The notes under the pieces: generated by a model
What the model was told of the DNA's origin: nothing
The model's input: the letters and a program-made list of their open reading frames with translations, nothing else
Database searches by the model: none
Shown here: positions 1 to 7,305 of the stretch, in pieces
Numbering within the stretch: the stretch's first letter is position 1
Layout of the letters: each line of letters begins with the position of its first letter
Made by a program: the position numbers and the translations under genes
NCBI GenBank assembly: GCA_041671325.1
Contig: JBAZBR010000004.1
Span: 4,004 to 68,003, forward strand
Length of the DNA: 64,000 bases
Direction of reading: 5' to 3'
DNA from: Patescibacteria group bacterium
GTDB lineage: Bacteria; Patescibacteriota; Patescibacteriia; PEXW01

Positions 1-580
1 GGTTAGACAAATAGTTTTTCTTAAAGCAATAAGAGCAAAATTTTTCCCCTGTTATAACTGCGCCAAACTTGTCAGAATAGATTGGATTTTTTAACCCGCA
101 TTTTTTATACCAAGCAATTTTATCATCTTTGATTTTATCATTGTGGACTGTAATAATTATTTTTCCGTTGGGCTTCAACACCCTAAGCATTTCCTTTATG
201 GCGGGTTTGTGTTTTAGTAAATTGCCGAAGGTATGATTGAGACAAAGAATCACACCGAATAAATTATCGGGGAATGGAATATCATATATGTTTGCTATAT
301 AAAACTTTAAATTTTTTATCCCTTTATTATTCCTTTGCGCTTCTTTTATTGCTTGTGAATCATAATCAATTCCAATGCCTATCTTTATGTTGTTAGAGAC
401 TAATTTCAAATGTCTGCCAGACCCACAACCAGCGTCTAATACATAATCTTCTATTTTGCCTAAATTTTTTATGACCTTTTCTTCTGCAAGAAAAAAGCCT
501 TTAATGCTTTTTGGTTTTTTTGAAAAAATAAATCTTTTTTGTAAGTTTAATCTTTCGTATATTTTCACTTCATCTTCCAT
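1..580 (-). CDS. Class I SAM-dependent methyltransferase, C-terminally truncated by the window edge
   Basis: The reverse-strand translation starts at the ATG whose complement lies at 578-580 (MEDEVKIYERLNLQ...). It contains a DAGCGSGRH glycine-rich SAM-binding motif I and the frame stays open to position 1. The gene is absent from the ORF track because it runs off the window. Confidence 0.55.
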   Translation of the reverse strand, partial: MEDEVKIYERLNLQKRFIFSKKPKSIKGFFLAEEKVIKNLGKIEDYVLDAGCGSGRHLKLVSNNIKIGIGIDYDSQAIKEAQRNNKGIKNLKFYIANIYDIPFPDNLFGVILCLNHTFGNLLKHKPAIKEMLRVLKPNGKIIITVHNDKIKDDKIAWYKKCGLKNPIYSDKFGAVITGEKFCSYCFKKNYLSN

Positions 581-695
581 AAATTTATTATCTTACTTTA
601 CCAAAAAATCACCTCAATTAAAAGGTTGGCAAAGGTGTTGTGACTATTGTCAAGAGCAAGATTAAAAGATAGTTTAAAAGCACGATATATATCAA

Positions 696-767
696 GCCCA
701 GGTGGTGAAATTGCCGTGAACCACTAAAGGGTTCACGGCGACCCAGCACCCTTTAGTGGTGCTGGGT
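696..767 (+). repeat. Duplicated 5' fragment of tRNA-Leu (18 nt) fused to a ~54-nt double-hairpin insert, forming a tRNA-like folded segment
   Basis: The 18 nt at 696-713 (GCCCAGGTGGTGAAATTG) are identical to positions 1-18 of the intact tRNA-Leu at 1045. Two hairpins follow, CCGTGAAC...GTTCACGG and CCCAGCACC...GGTGCTGGG, whose loops ACTAAAGGG and CCCTTTAGT are mutual reverse complements. The sequence then resumes as GGTATAC, matching tRNA positions 19 onward. Confidence 0.45.
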
Positions 768-783
768 GGTATACGCGCAAAAT

Positions 784-1038
784 ATGCATTATATTTACAT
801 CTTACAATTATCGAATAAACAACTTTACTGCGGTATTACCTTGGACTTGAAAAGGAGGCTTGCTGAACACAAGAAAGGAAAGAGTCCATTCACGAAAAAT
901 AGATTGCCGTTGAAGCTGATTTTTTACGAAGCCTTTAATAATAAGTTAGACGCCGAAAAAAGAGAAAGATATTTTAAGTCTAGTAAGGGCAAATATACGT
1001 TACGGGCAATGCTGAAGTTCACTTTACAAAATGTTTAA
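784..1038 (+). CDS. GIY-YIG nuclease family protein (small, YhbQ/UPF0213-like)
   Basis: YIYIL...LYCGITLDLKRRLAEH is the canonical GIY-YIG N-terminal motif. The ORF track starts at a GTG at 766; the ATG at 784 (MHYIYIL) is the more likely start. Confidence 0.75.
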   Translation: MHYIYILQLSNKQLYCGITLDLKRRLAEHKKGKSPFTKNRLPLKLIFYEAFNNKLDAEKRERYFKSSKGKYTLRAMLKFTLQNV

Positions 1039-1044
1039 ATTAAT

Positions 1045-1129
1045 GCCCAGGTGGTGAAATTGGTATACACGCGAGGTTTAGGACCTCGTGCCGCAAGGCG
1101 TGGAGGTTCGAGTCCTCTCCTGGGCACCA
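1045..1129 (+). tRNA. tRNA-Leu (anticodon TAG), with encoded CCA
   Basis: Cloverleaf read by hand: acceptor GCCCAGG/CCTGGGC, D-arm GTGA...CAC, anticodon stem CGAGG/CCTCG with loop TTTAGGA (anticodon TAG). A long variable arm TGCCGCAAGGCGT and T-arm GGAGG-TTCGAGT-CCTCT follow, then discriminator A and CCA. Confidence 0.85.
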
Positions 1130-1200
1130 GCTCGTTTCGTGCTTCGACCTTCGTGAGCGCGCTTACGCTTGCTCACTCCGGACTTTGCACGAAGCCTCGC
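1130..1200 (+). ncRNA. Conserved structured element immediately 3' of a tRNA (copy 1 of 2)
   Basis: GCTCGTTTCGTGCTTC...GTGAGCGCGCTTACGCTTGCTCAC...GCACGAAGCCTCGC. The outer stem is TTCGTGC/GCACGAA and the inner stem GTGAGC/GCTCAC. About 85% of it matches the sequence following tRNA-Arg at 45404-45475. Confidence 0.4.
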
Positions 1201-1279
1201 TTTTCCTCACGAATGCGTGCTCCTCACTTCGTTCGTGTGCTCCTCATTCGTGAGGTGGATTTTATAAGCGTCCCGCTCA

Positions 1280-1306
1280 CCCCATTTCATCTTCAACGAA
1301 ATGGGG
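1280..1306 (+). terminator. Hairpin closing the tRNA-Leu locus (CCCCATTTC...GAAATGGGG)
   Basis: A perfect 9-bp stem. A second 11-bp hairpin, CCTCACGAATG...CATTCGTGAGG, lies at 1206-1256. No strong T-tract follows, so termination is uncertain. Confidence 0.3.
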
Positions 1307-1341
1307 ACCCCAAGTCTGTGACATTATCATAAAAATAATTT

Positions 1342-1866
1342 ATGCCCGTAAACCAAGAACCCCATATTCATCAAAACGTCATTTGCGCGAATGTTTTTGT
1401 CCGAAAAGATGGAAAGTTCTTGATGTTAAAGCGTTCGCCCAAGAAAAAATTTCTTCCTAACTACATAAATCCGATTGGCGGTAAGGTAGAGGCTGATGAA
1501 AATCCTTACTTGGCTGCACAACGCGAACTTAAGGAAGAAACGGGATTGGTTGTAAAGAATATGCGTTTAGAAGCGGTGGTGTTAGAAATTCAGCCTTATA
1601 AGGATAAGCCGCACAACTGGCTGGTTTTTCATTTCTCTGCCGACTGGGCGGGCGGTGAACTGCAAGCCACTGAAGAAGGTGAGTTTATTTGGTTTGAGCC
1701 GGAAGAAATTCCAAAGCAGCATTTATTCCCATCCGTGCAACAAATTATCCGCCACGTTATTAATCCCAATGATGGTACAGTCTTTGCGACCATCGCCTAT
1801 AACGAGCAAGGAGAGGTTGAAGAATCCACAAAAAGCCTTAGTATTTGCGCGTTGCCGTCAAAATAG
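1342..1866 (+). CDS. NUDIX hydrolase
   Basis: Nudix box GGKVEADENPYLAAQRELKEETGL (GX5EX7REUXEEXGU). Confidence 0.75.
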   Translation: MPVNQEPHIHQNVICANVFVRKDGKFLMLKRSPKKKFLPNYINPIGGKVEADENPYLAAQRELKEETGLVVKNMRLEAVVLEIQPYKDKPHNWLVFHFSADWAGGELQATEEGEFIWFEPEEIPKQHLFPSVQQIIRHVINPNDGTVFATIAYNEQGEVEESTKSLSICALPSK

Positions 1867-1912
1867 CGAGACGGAAGACCGGCGGCACCAAATTATCTTC
1901 TATTATTAAACC

Positions 1913-2476
1913 ATGGATGACCAACCAAATCTTAATATAATCGACGAAACCGGGAAGATAGTCGGTGAAGATTCACGTACGAATGTTCATGATAAGGGTT
2001 TGTTACACCAAGAAATTCATGTCTGGTTTTTTACATCTGATGGGAAAATAATTTTTCAACATCGAGCAAAGGATAAAGATACATTTCCAAATTTGCTTGA
2101 CGCATCGGTTGGTGGGCATGTCGAAAAAGGTGAAAAATATATTGATACTGCACTTAAAGAAATTAAGGAAGAAACAGGTTTACGTGTAACTTCTGATAAA
2201 TTGCGATATATCAAAACGCAAAGGAGCACATCGTATGATCCGGTGACGAGCAGAACCAACAATGTTTTAAGGGCAGTTTTTGCTTATAGATACGATGGTT
2301 TAATTGAATCACTTATGATTGAACAGGGCAAAGGTATTGGATTTGAAGCCTGGCCGCTAAAAACAATTTTGAACATTTCTTCAGAAGAAAAAAAACGTTT
2401 TATCCCGACCATCTTTAATCCAGACATTATTGATGTGTTTCATAAGATTGTGCTTATTATTCAGCGCGAATCTTAA
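1913..2476 (+). CDS. NUDIX-fold hydrolase, isopentenyl-diphosphate isomerase (type 1)-like
   Basis: GGHVEKGEKYIDTALKEIKEETGL Nudix-like box, with QEIHVWFF...IIFQHRA resembling the IDI N-terminal region. Confidence 0.6.
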   Translation: MDDQPNLNIIDETGKIVGEDSRTNVHDKGLLHQEIHVWFFTSDGKIIFQHRAKDKDTFPNLLDASVGGHVEKGEKYIDTALKEIKEETGLRVTSDKLRYIKTQRSTSYDPVTSRTNNVLRAVFAYRYDGLIESLMIEQGKGIGFEAWPLKTILNISSEEKKRFIPTIFNPDIIDVFHKIVLIIQRES

Positions 2477-2483
2477 TATATTT

Positions 2484-3011
2484 ATGTCCACCTCCGAAAT
2501 CCTTAATGTCATGGATGAACAGGGGAATGTCCTGCGGACGATTTCGCGTGAAGAAGCTGAAAGGGACAACCACCTGACACCCAATGCCTTGATTTTTGTT
2601 TTTACGCTCAAGGGTGAAGTCTGGATACAGAAGCGCGCTCGGACTAAAAAACACTTCCCGGGTTTGTGGGATATTTCCGCTTGTGGCGGCATTTTACACG
2701 GTGAAAAACCTGAAGCGAGCGCGCAACGGGAAATGGCTGAAGAGATGGGTTTTACTTGCGAGCTACATTTCGTTGAAGCGTTTTTGAATGAATTTCCAGG
2801 TGATGACGGTTCGACTCTCCGGCGTTTATCCCATCTTTTTGTGGGCATCAGTGATAAAATTCCGAGTATAAACGAGGAAGTTGAGGAATTCCTAGCAGTA
2901 CCCGCAGGTGAATTGGTCGAAAAAATTAAAAACAATCGCCAAGATTATGTGCCATCTTTTTTAATGGAGTTAGAAAAGGCCAGTGCGGCGTTTACGAAGC
3001 TGGCAATTTAG
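2484..3011 (+). CDS. NUDIX-fold hydrolase, IPP isomerase-like (third tandem paralog)
   Basis: WIQKRARTKKHFPGLWDISACGGILHGE...AQREMAEEMGF follows the IDI-1 pattern (W-x-S-C-x-H-x-x-x-GE). Start chosen at the ATG at 2484 (MSTSEIL), since the longer ORF from 2430 overlaps the upstream gene. Confidence 0.6.
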   Translation: MSTSEILNVMDEQGNVLRTISREEAERDNHLTPNALIFVFTLKGEVWIQKRARTKKHFPGLWDISACGGILHGEKPEASAQREMAEEMGFTCELHFVEAFLNEFPGDDGSTLRRLSHLFVGISDKIPSINEEVEEFLAVPAGELVEKIKNNRQDYVPSFLMELEKASAAFTKLAI

Positions 3012-3058
3012 TATAAAAATTAATTATTAAATTAAAAAAATTATTAACTTAAAAATAT

Positions 3059-3430
3059 ATGGGAAGTATCATTGAACTAAACGACACTCTCCAATTAACT
3101 TCAGACCAGGGTTTTCCCAAAGAACTCAATTTGGAAAAACACCTGGCGCAACCATACCAAGCGGATGATTTTAAGGATAAAATTTTTAGTTTTCATGGCA
3201 AACCAGACATTAGACAATACCATCAGCAGCCAGTGCGTAATTTTTTAGTGGAAAATCGTGATGGCAAGTGGATTTATTGGGGATTGGTACATATAGTAGA
3301 AATACGCCATGACTATTTGAAAAAAACCACCTCCGGGACCTTTAAAATTATTTACATTAATACACCGGAAGAAATGAAAATAGCGCATCATCTTATAGAT
3401 CAAAGAGATGACAAAAAGTTTTTCAAATAA
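3059..3430 (+). CDS. Hypothetical protein (123 aa)
   Basis: Clean ORF. No motif recognised. Confidence 0.4.
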   Translation: MGSIIELNDTLQLTSDQGFPKELNLEKHLAQPYQADDFKDKIFSFHGKPDIRQYHQQPVRNFLVENRDGKWIYWGLVHIVEIRHDYLKKTTSGTFKIIYINTPEEMKIAHHLIDQRDDKKFFK

Positions 3431-3528
3431 TATTGCTTACCAAGGCGTAATAATCGAAGAAAGTTTGGTAACTACGAATTACGAATCTATTACGAAAGTA
3501 CGAAATACGAATTAAGACATGAATTATT

Positions 3529-3909
3529 ATGGATTATAAAGGAGTAATAATAGAAGAGAGCTTAGAAAATGATGGGCTTTTAAAAGAAGTGAAGATTTTG
3601 AGTACAAAAGTCGAGGTGGTTACCGAAAAACATAAAACCCCTTGGATAAAACAATGGACTTTGCATACAATTGAAATTCCAGAAGCTCAGGCTGAATTGA
3701 TTGCGGATAAAATAAGCACGGCTTTAGATAAAGAACATAAGCATAGTTGGTATGTGGACTTTAAGAATGACCAGTTCCATTATATTATTTTTTCGAATAA
3801 GTTTTTCAAAGTTGAAAGGGGAAATAAGGAACAATACGCTCAAGCCACGCAATATGGTATAAGCTTAGGAATACCCGATTATCAACTAACTTTTTCGCCG
3901 GAAATTTAG
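3529..3909 (+). CDS. Hypothetical protein (126 aa)
   Basis: Clean ORF. Its N-terminal coding sequence is partly duplicated just upstream (see findings). Confidence 0.4.
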   Translation: MDYKGVIIEESLENDGLLKEVKILSTKVEVVTEKHKTPWIKQWTLHTIEIPEAQAELIADKISTALDKEHKHSWYVDFKNDQFHYIIFSNKFFKVERGNKEQYAQATQYGISLGIPDYQLTFSPEI

Positions 3910-4023
3910 GAGCGGGGCAGATAGTTGTGGTTTAAAGGTTTTGGGTATAAGCCTCCCCGCCTGCCTCCAGCTGATGCTCGGCAATGGCGGGCAGGTGTAT
4001 CGTTAGGGGGTGTGGTTTTTAAG

Positions 4024-4052
4024 TTGACAAGAACACAGGGGTTTTGTAAGCT
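4024..4052 (+). promoter_or_regulatory. Sigma70-like promoter TTGACA-17-TAAGCT
   Basis: Perfect -35 with exact 17-nt spacing, about 48 nt upstream of the GGAGG-preceded ATG at 4100. Confidence 0.5.
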
Positions 4053-4099
4053 GGTTTATTAAAATTAAAATCGAAAACCCTTTGATAAAGGAGGCAGAA

Positions 4100-4543
4100 A
4101 TGCCGAAGTGCAGCGAATGCAAAGATACCGGCGTAATCGAAACCGGAAATAATAGCCTGCCGTGTAATTGCGAAGCCGGTGAGGTCGCGCTGTTTAATGT
4201 GGCATGGGTTGATGGGCCGGTTACAGGCCAGGAAATGCGCAGGCATTTTTTAAACCCTTGCCCTGAGCCAATTTCTGCCGCCGCAACTAAAATTCCGGCA
4301 TCCGACTTGCCTGGTCGTCGGAGGCTCAAACCCTTTCATGAGTCAATAGTGGATGTGATTCAAAACGCCTTATGGTTTGAATTGCAGGGTTTGAGCAAAT
4401 TGCTTTTGGTTACTAAAATTCCAAAAAACCATGATGCCATTATTGAGGCGTGGACAAGGAGGGCCGGCGTAGAAAGGTATAAGCATGTAGTGGCAAGTCT
4501 ACGTCAGCAGAAGGCAATTGCCGAGCTAACCAACAAATCGTAA
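4100..4543 (+). CDS. Cys-rich hypothetical protein with a CxxCxDTG...CNC zinc-ribbon-like N-terminus
   Basis: Start taken at the ATG at 4100 after an AAGGAGG RBS (MPKCSECKDTG...). Confidence 0.5.
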   Translation: MPKCSECKDTGVIETGNNSLPCNCEAGEVALFNVAWVDGPVTGQEMRRHFLNPCPEPISAAATKIPASDLPGRRRLKPFHESIVDVIQNALWFELQGLSKLLLVTKIPKNHDAIIEAWTRRAGVERYKHVVASLRQQKAIAELTNKS

Positions 4544-4552
4544 ATTCCATAA

Positions 4553-4590
4553 TCAGGCGCCTGACCATTTGGTCTGGCGCCTTTTTTTAT
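4553..4590 (+). terminator. Rho-independent terminator (GGCGCC stem plus T7 tract)
   Basis: CAGGCGCCTGACCATTTGGTCTGGCGCC followed by TTTTTTTATTT. A near-identical module follows the gene ending at 5983. Confidence 0.55.
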
Positions 4591-4718
4591 TTGGTTGATT
4601 TGAACCTATATTTTGTTTGGTTTTTTTGTCAATCGGTTTTAGGCAATCCAATAGTTAAAAAACCCCCCAGACTCTTTTGGAGCTGGGGGAGTCAATATCA
4701 AGCCCGCAAATTTGGGCT

Positions 4719-5105
4719 TTACTTGACGACCGTGTCGATGACAATTTCGACCAGGGCGTTCTCGATGGGGAAACCGACCGCGAAGGTGGCGCGGACCGGT
4801 TTATCACAGCCTTCCAGCCAATTCAGGTAGACGGCATTGACGCTGGCAAAATCCTCTTTGTTGGCAAGCAGGATGGTCACCCTGAAAAGCCGGTCCTTGC
4901 TCGAGCCACAGTATTCGAGAATCGCGTCGGCATACTTGAAGATCTGTTCGGCTTGAGCGGCGGCGTCACCGTCAATGATCTGCTTTTCTCCGGGTTTGAA
5001 CGCTACCAATCCCGAAAGGCCCACTAGCTTATCTCCCGGTTCCAGGATGACTGCTTGGGGATAAGCCGCCGAAGTCGGGGCGTCGTCGGTTGAAAAGTAC
5101 CTCAT
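4719..5105 (-). CDS. RidA/YjgF/L-PSP family reactive-intermediate deaminase
   Basis: A 128-aa product with the YjgF-family pattern. The gene is noticeably GC-richer than its neighbours. Confidence 0.75.
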   Translation of the reverse strand: MRYFSTDDAPTSAAYPQAVILEPGDKLVGLSGLVAFKPGEKQIIDGDAAAQAEQIFKYADAILEYCGSSKDRLFRVTILLANKEDFASVNAVYLNWLEGCDKPVRATFAVGFPIENALVEIVIDTVVK

Positions 5106-5419
5106 TTCAGAATCCTCCTATACAGGATGTTTAAAGGTAAAGGGCTAAACTAGTTAAATCAAGATAGTTGGCTAATGTTAATCAGGTCAATATTTTTTGT
5201 CAAGCAATGTACTTATTAGTATTAACGATTATTTAATTAGTTAGTCTATTAACAATTCCATAAAAACCGTAAATCAGTACAGAGGCGTTTTTGGAATATA
5301 TTGCACAATACCAAGTCACGAAATACGGAGTTAATTTAGGAATACCGCATTTCTAAGTAGATTTTTCACCGGATATCAAGGAGTGGGAAAGGTAGGGTAT
5401 AACAAAATCTGTAAGATTA

Positions 5420-5448
5420 TTGACAATCCAATACAGAACAGATAAGTT
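5420..5448 (+). promoter_or_regulatory. Sigma70-like promoter TTGACA-17-TAAGTT
   Basis: Read directly at 5420-5448, upstream of the RBS and ATG at 5489. Confidence 0.5.
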
Positions 5449-5488
5449 TGGTGAAGTTCTTAATAAAATCAAAAACAAGGAGCCAAGC

Positions 5489-5983
5489 ATGTTTGGAAGA
5501 GGATTGAAAACGCCGAAAGGCATGGGTATTACTGCGCAAGCAGGAGATCTGGCACAACCAGATAAGCTGCCATTATCTCACGGTAATATGCTTGTAAAAG
5601 AAGCTTCGGAGACAACCCGTAAATATGCATGCGGTCACGAAGGACCCGAATGGTATGTTTTGGATGTCTATGGTCAAGAAACGGTCAAGATTGAGAAAAA
5701 AGACCTGTGCCCTGAATGTAAGATGGCAGATTACAAGAAATATGTAATTCGCTGTGCCGCCTGCGGTTTGCCAATTGCACCTGATCAAAGCGTCGCGCTT
5801 TATGCGAATAATACAGAATTCTTTGACCAGTCAATCGTAACTAAAGTAGGGGACAGTGTGATTGGTTGCATGCGATGGAATTGTTGTCCCTCAGGTGGAT
5901 TCTATGCGGGAAATTGGACAGAAGAGGGCTTCAAGTCTGCTTTTGATGGGGACACTGCTGCTGAGCAAGCCGCAACATCATAA
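5489..5983 (+). CDS. Cys-rich hypothetical protein (CPECK...CAACG zinc-ribbon-like)
   Basis: Start taken at the ATG at 5489 after an AAGGAG RBS. It is followed at 5993-6031 by a terminator almost identical to the one at 4553. Confidence 0.5.
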   Translation: MFGRGLKTPKGMGITAQAGDLAQPDKLPLSHGNMLVKEASETTRKYACGHEGPEWYVLDVYGQETVKIEKKDLCPECKMADYKKYVIRCAACGLPIAPDQSVALYANNTEFFDQSIVTKVGDSVIGCMRWNCCPSGGFYAGNWTEEGFKSAFDGDTAAEQAATS

Positions 5984-5992
5984 ATTTCATAA

Positions 5993-6031
5993 TCAGGCGC
6001 TTGACCACTTGGTCCGGCGCCTTTTCTTTTT
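5993..6031 (+). terminator. Rho-independent terminator, paralogous copy of the one at 4553
   Basis: CAGGCGCTTGACCACTTGGTCCGGCGCC followed by TTTTCTTTTT. Confidence 0.5.
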
Positions 6032-6039
6032 AAAACAAT

Positions 6040-6393
6040 TTATCCCGCGGCCTGGACCACGTTTTTGAAAACCGTGGAAAACAAAGTCCAGGAAACAATT
6101 ACCAAAAACATGCCAATGACTGCGCCGATAAGCAGTTTTCGGGAGTGCGTTTCCGAGTCTTCATTACCCCCAGCGGTAATCTTAACTATAATGCCGTAAA
6201 GGAGCATGACCGTTGAAACAACCCCGATTATGCCCAGAACCACGTTGGCAATACTGAAAAGGAAAGGCTTGATATCCAGCGTGTAAAGATTGGCTTGGGG
6301 CCCAATATTTTCCGTGGTAGTAGCCGCGACAATACGGGGCGATAAGTTGATTAATAAAGTAATTAAAAAGGGAAAGTATTTCTTTAGTTTCAT
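6040..6393 (-). CDS. VirB2/TrbC-like (type IV secretion-type) pilin family protein, divergent paralog
   Basis: Signal peptide, then two hydrophobic helices, with the AGGNED core shared with the next three genes. Confidence 0.45.
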   Translation of the reverse strand: MKLKKYFPFLITLLINLSPRIVAATTTENIGPQANLYTLDIKPFLFSIANVVLGIIGVVSTVMLLYGIIVKITAGGNEDSETHSRKLLIGAVIGMFLVIVSWTLFSTVFKNVVQAAG

Positions 6394-6459
6394 TTTTTAG
6401 ATAAAGCTTGGTTTACATAAAAAAGCCGTCAAAGTCGGTTTAGGCTTGAACAGAAAAAC

Positions 6460-6822
6460 TTAGTTAGTGACTTGGGCGGTCGTCTTTAGAACAAAGTTGA
6501 CGATTGCCCAAGAAAGCAGGACGACTATCAGGCCAACGACTGCCGAAGAGATCAGTCTTTTGGCCGTATCAGTTTTGTCCTCATTGCCGCCAGAAGTTGC
6601 CAAGGAAAAAACACCGTAAAGAATTACTACTAAGGCGATTAAACCCAATAAACCCAGAATAAAGCTAACAACATTCAAAATAGTTTGTTTCAGGTCTGTG
6701 GAAGTAAAACCCAGCGAGCCGGCAAAAGTCGTGTCAAAAGACACGGCCAAAGCCATGGCTGGCAGGGCTATAACGGTTAAGCTTATTAAGGTAGCAAAAA
6801 GGTATTTGTTAGGTTTTTTCAT
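6460..6822 (-). CDS. VirB2/TrbC-like pilin family protein (paralog 2)
   Basis: Signal peptide ending ...AMALA, then VSFDTTFAGSLGFTSTDLK, two TM helices and a GGNEDK motif. Confidence 0.5.
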   Translation of the reverse strand: MKKPNKYLFATLISLTVIALPAMALAVSFDTTFAGSLGFTSTDLKQTILNVVSFILGLLGLIALVVILYGVFSLATSGGNEDKTDTAKRLISSAVVGLIVVLLSWAIVNFVLKTTAQVTN

Positions 6823-7200
6823 TTATAATCCGCTTGGGCTCCCGGCTACTTGGTTGGCTGTTTTAAGCACAAAATTCACGATTGCCCAAGCCAGCAAGAC
6901 AATAACCAAACCAACTGAGGCTGAAGAAATTATCTGTTTGGCTTTGTCTACTTTGTCCTCATTGCCGCCTGCAGTCATCCAAATAAATCCAGCATAAAGA
7001 ATAAAGACAACGGCAATCAAGCCCAAGAGGCCTAAGACGAAGGTAATAACATTCAATACGGCCTGTTTTAAGTCTACCGAGGTAAAACCCAGCGAGCCGG
7101 CAAAAGTCGTGTCAAAAGACACGGCCATGGCAGCCATTGGCAAGGCTAGGCTAATTAATGACAAACCGAGAGCGGCAAGGTGTTTGTTAGTAAGTTTCAT
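6823..7200 (-). CDS. VirB2/TrbC-like pilin family protein (paralog 3)
   Basis: Same architecture. More than 70% identical to its neighbours in the VSFDTTFAGSLGFTS...LLAWAIVNFVLKT core. Confidence 0.5.
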   Translation of the reverse strand: MKLTNKHLAALGLSLISLALPMAAMAVSFDTTFAGSLGFTSVDLKQAVLNVITFVLGLLGLIAVVFILYAGFIWMTAGGNEDKVDKAKQIISSASVGLVIVLLAWAIVNFVLKTANQVAGSPSGL

Positions 7201-7305
7201 ATACCCTTATATTAACGCAATTTGCCGGAGAATTACAATAGCTATTACTAAAAACCCCCAGGTTTTAGCCGAAAGGGTTTTTAGTTTAATTAATAATTAT
7301 GTTAA

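Noticed and set aside
456-665. Plus-strand 69-aa ORF
   Set aside because: It lies entirely antisense to the better-supported methyltransferase ORF on the minus strand and has low-complexity Phe/Leu-rich content.
1051-1332. 93-aa ORF overlapping tRNA-Leu and its trailer
   Set aside because: It is translated straight through a tRNA gene and hairpin repeats, which makes it a spurious ORF.
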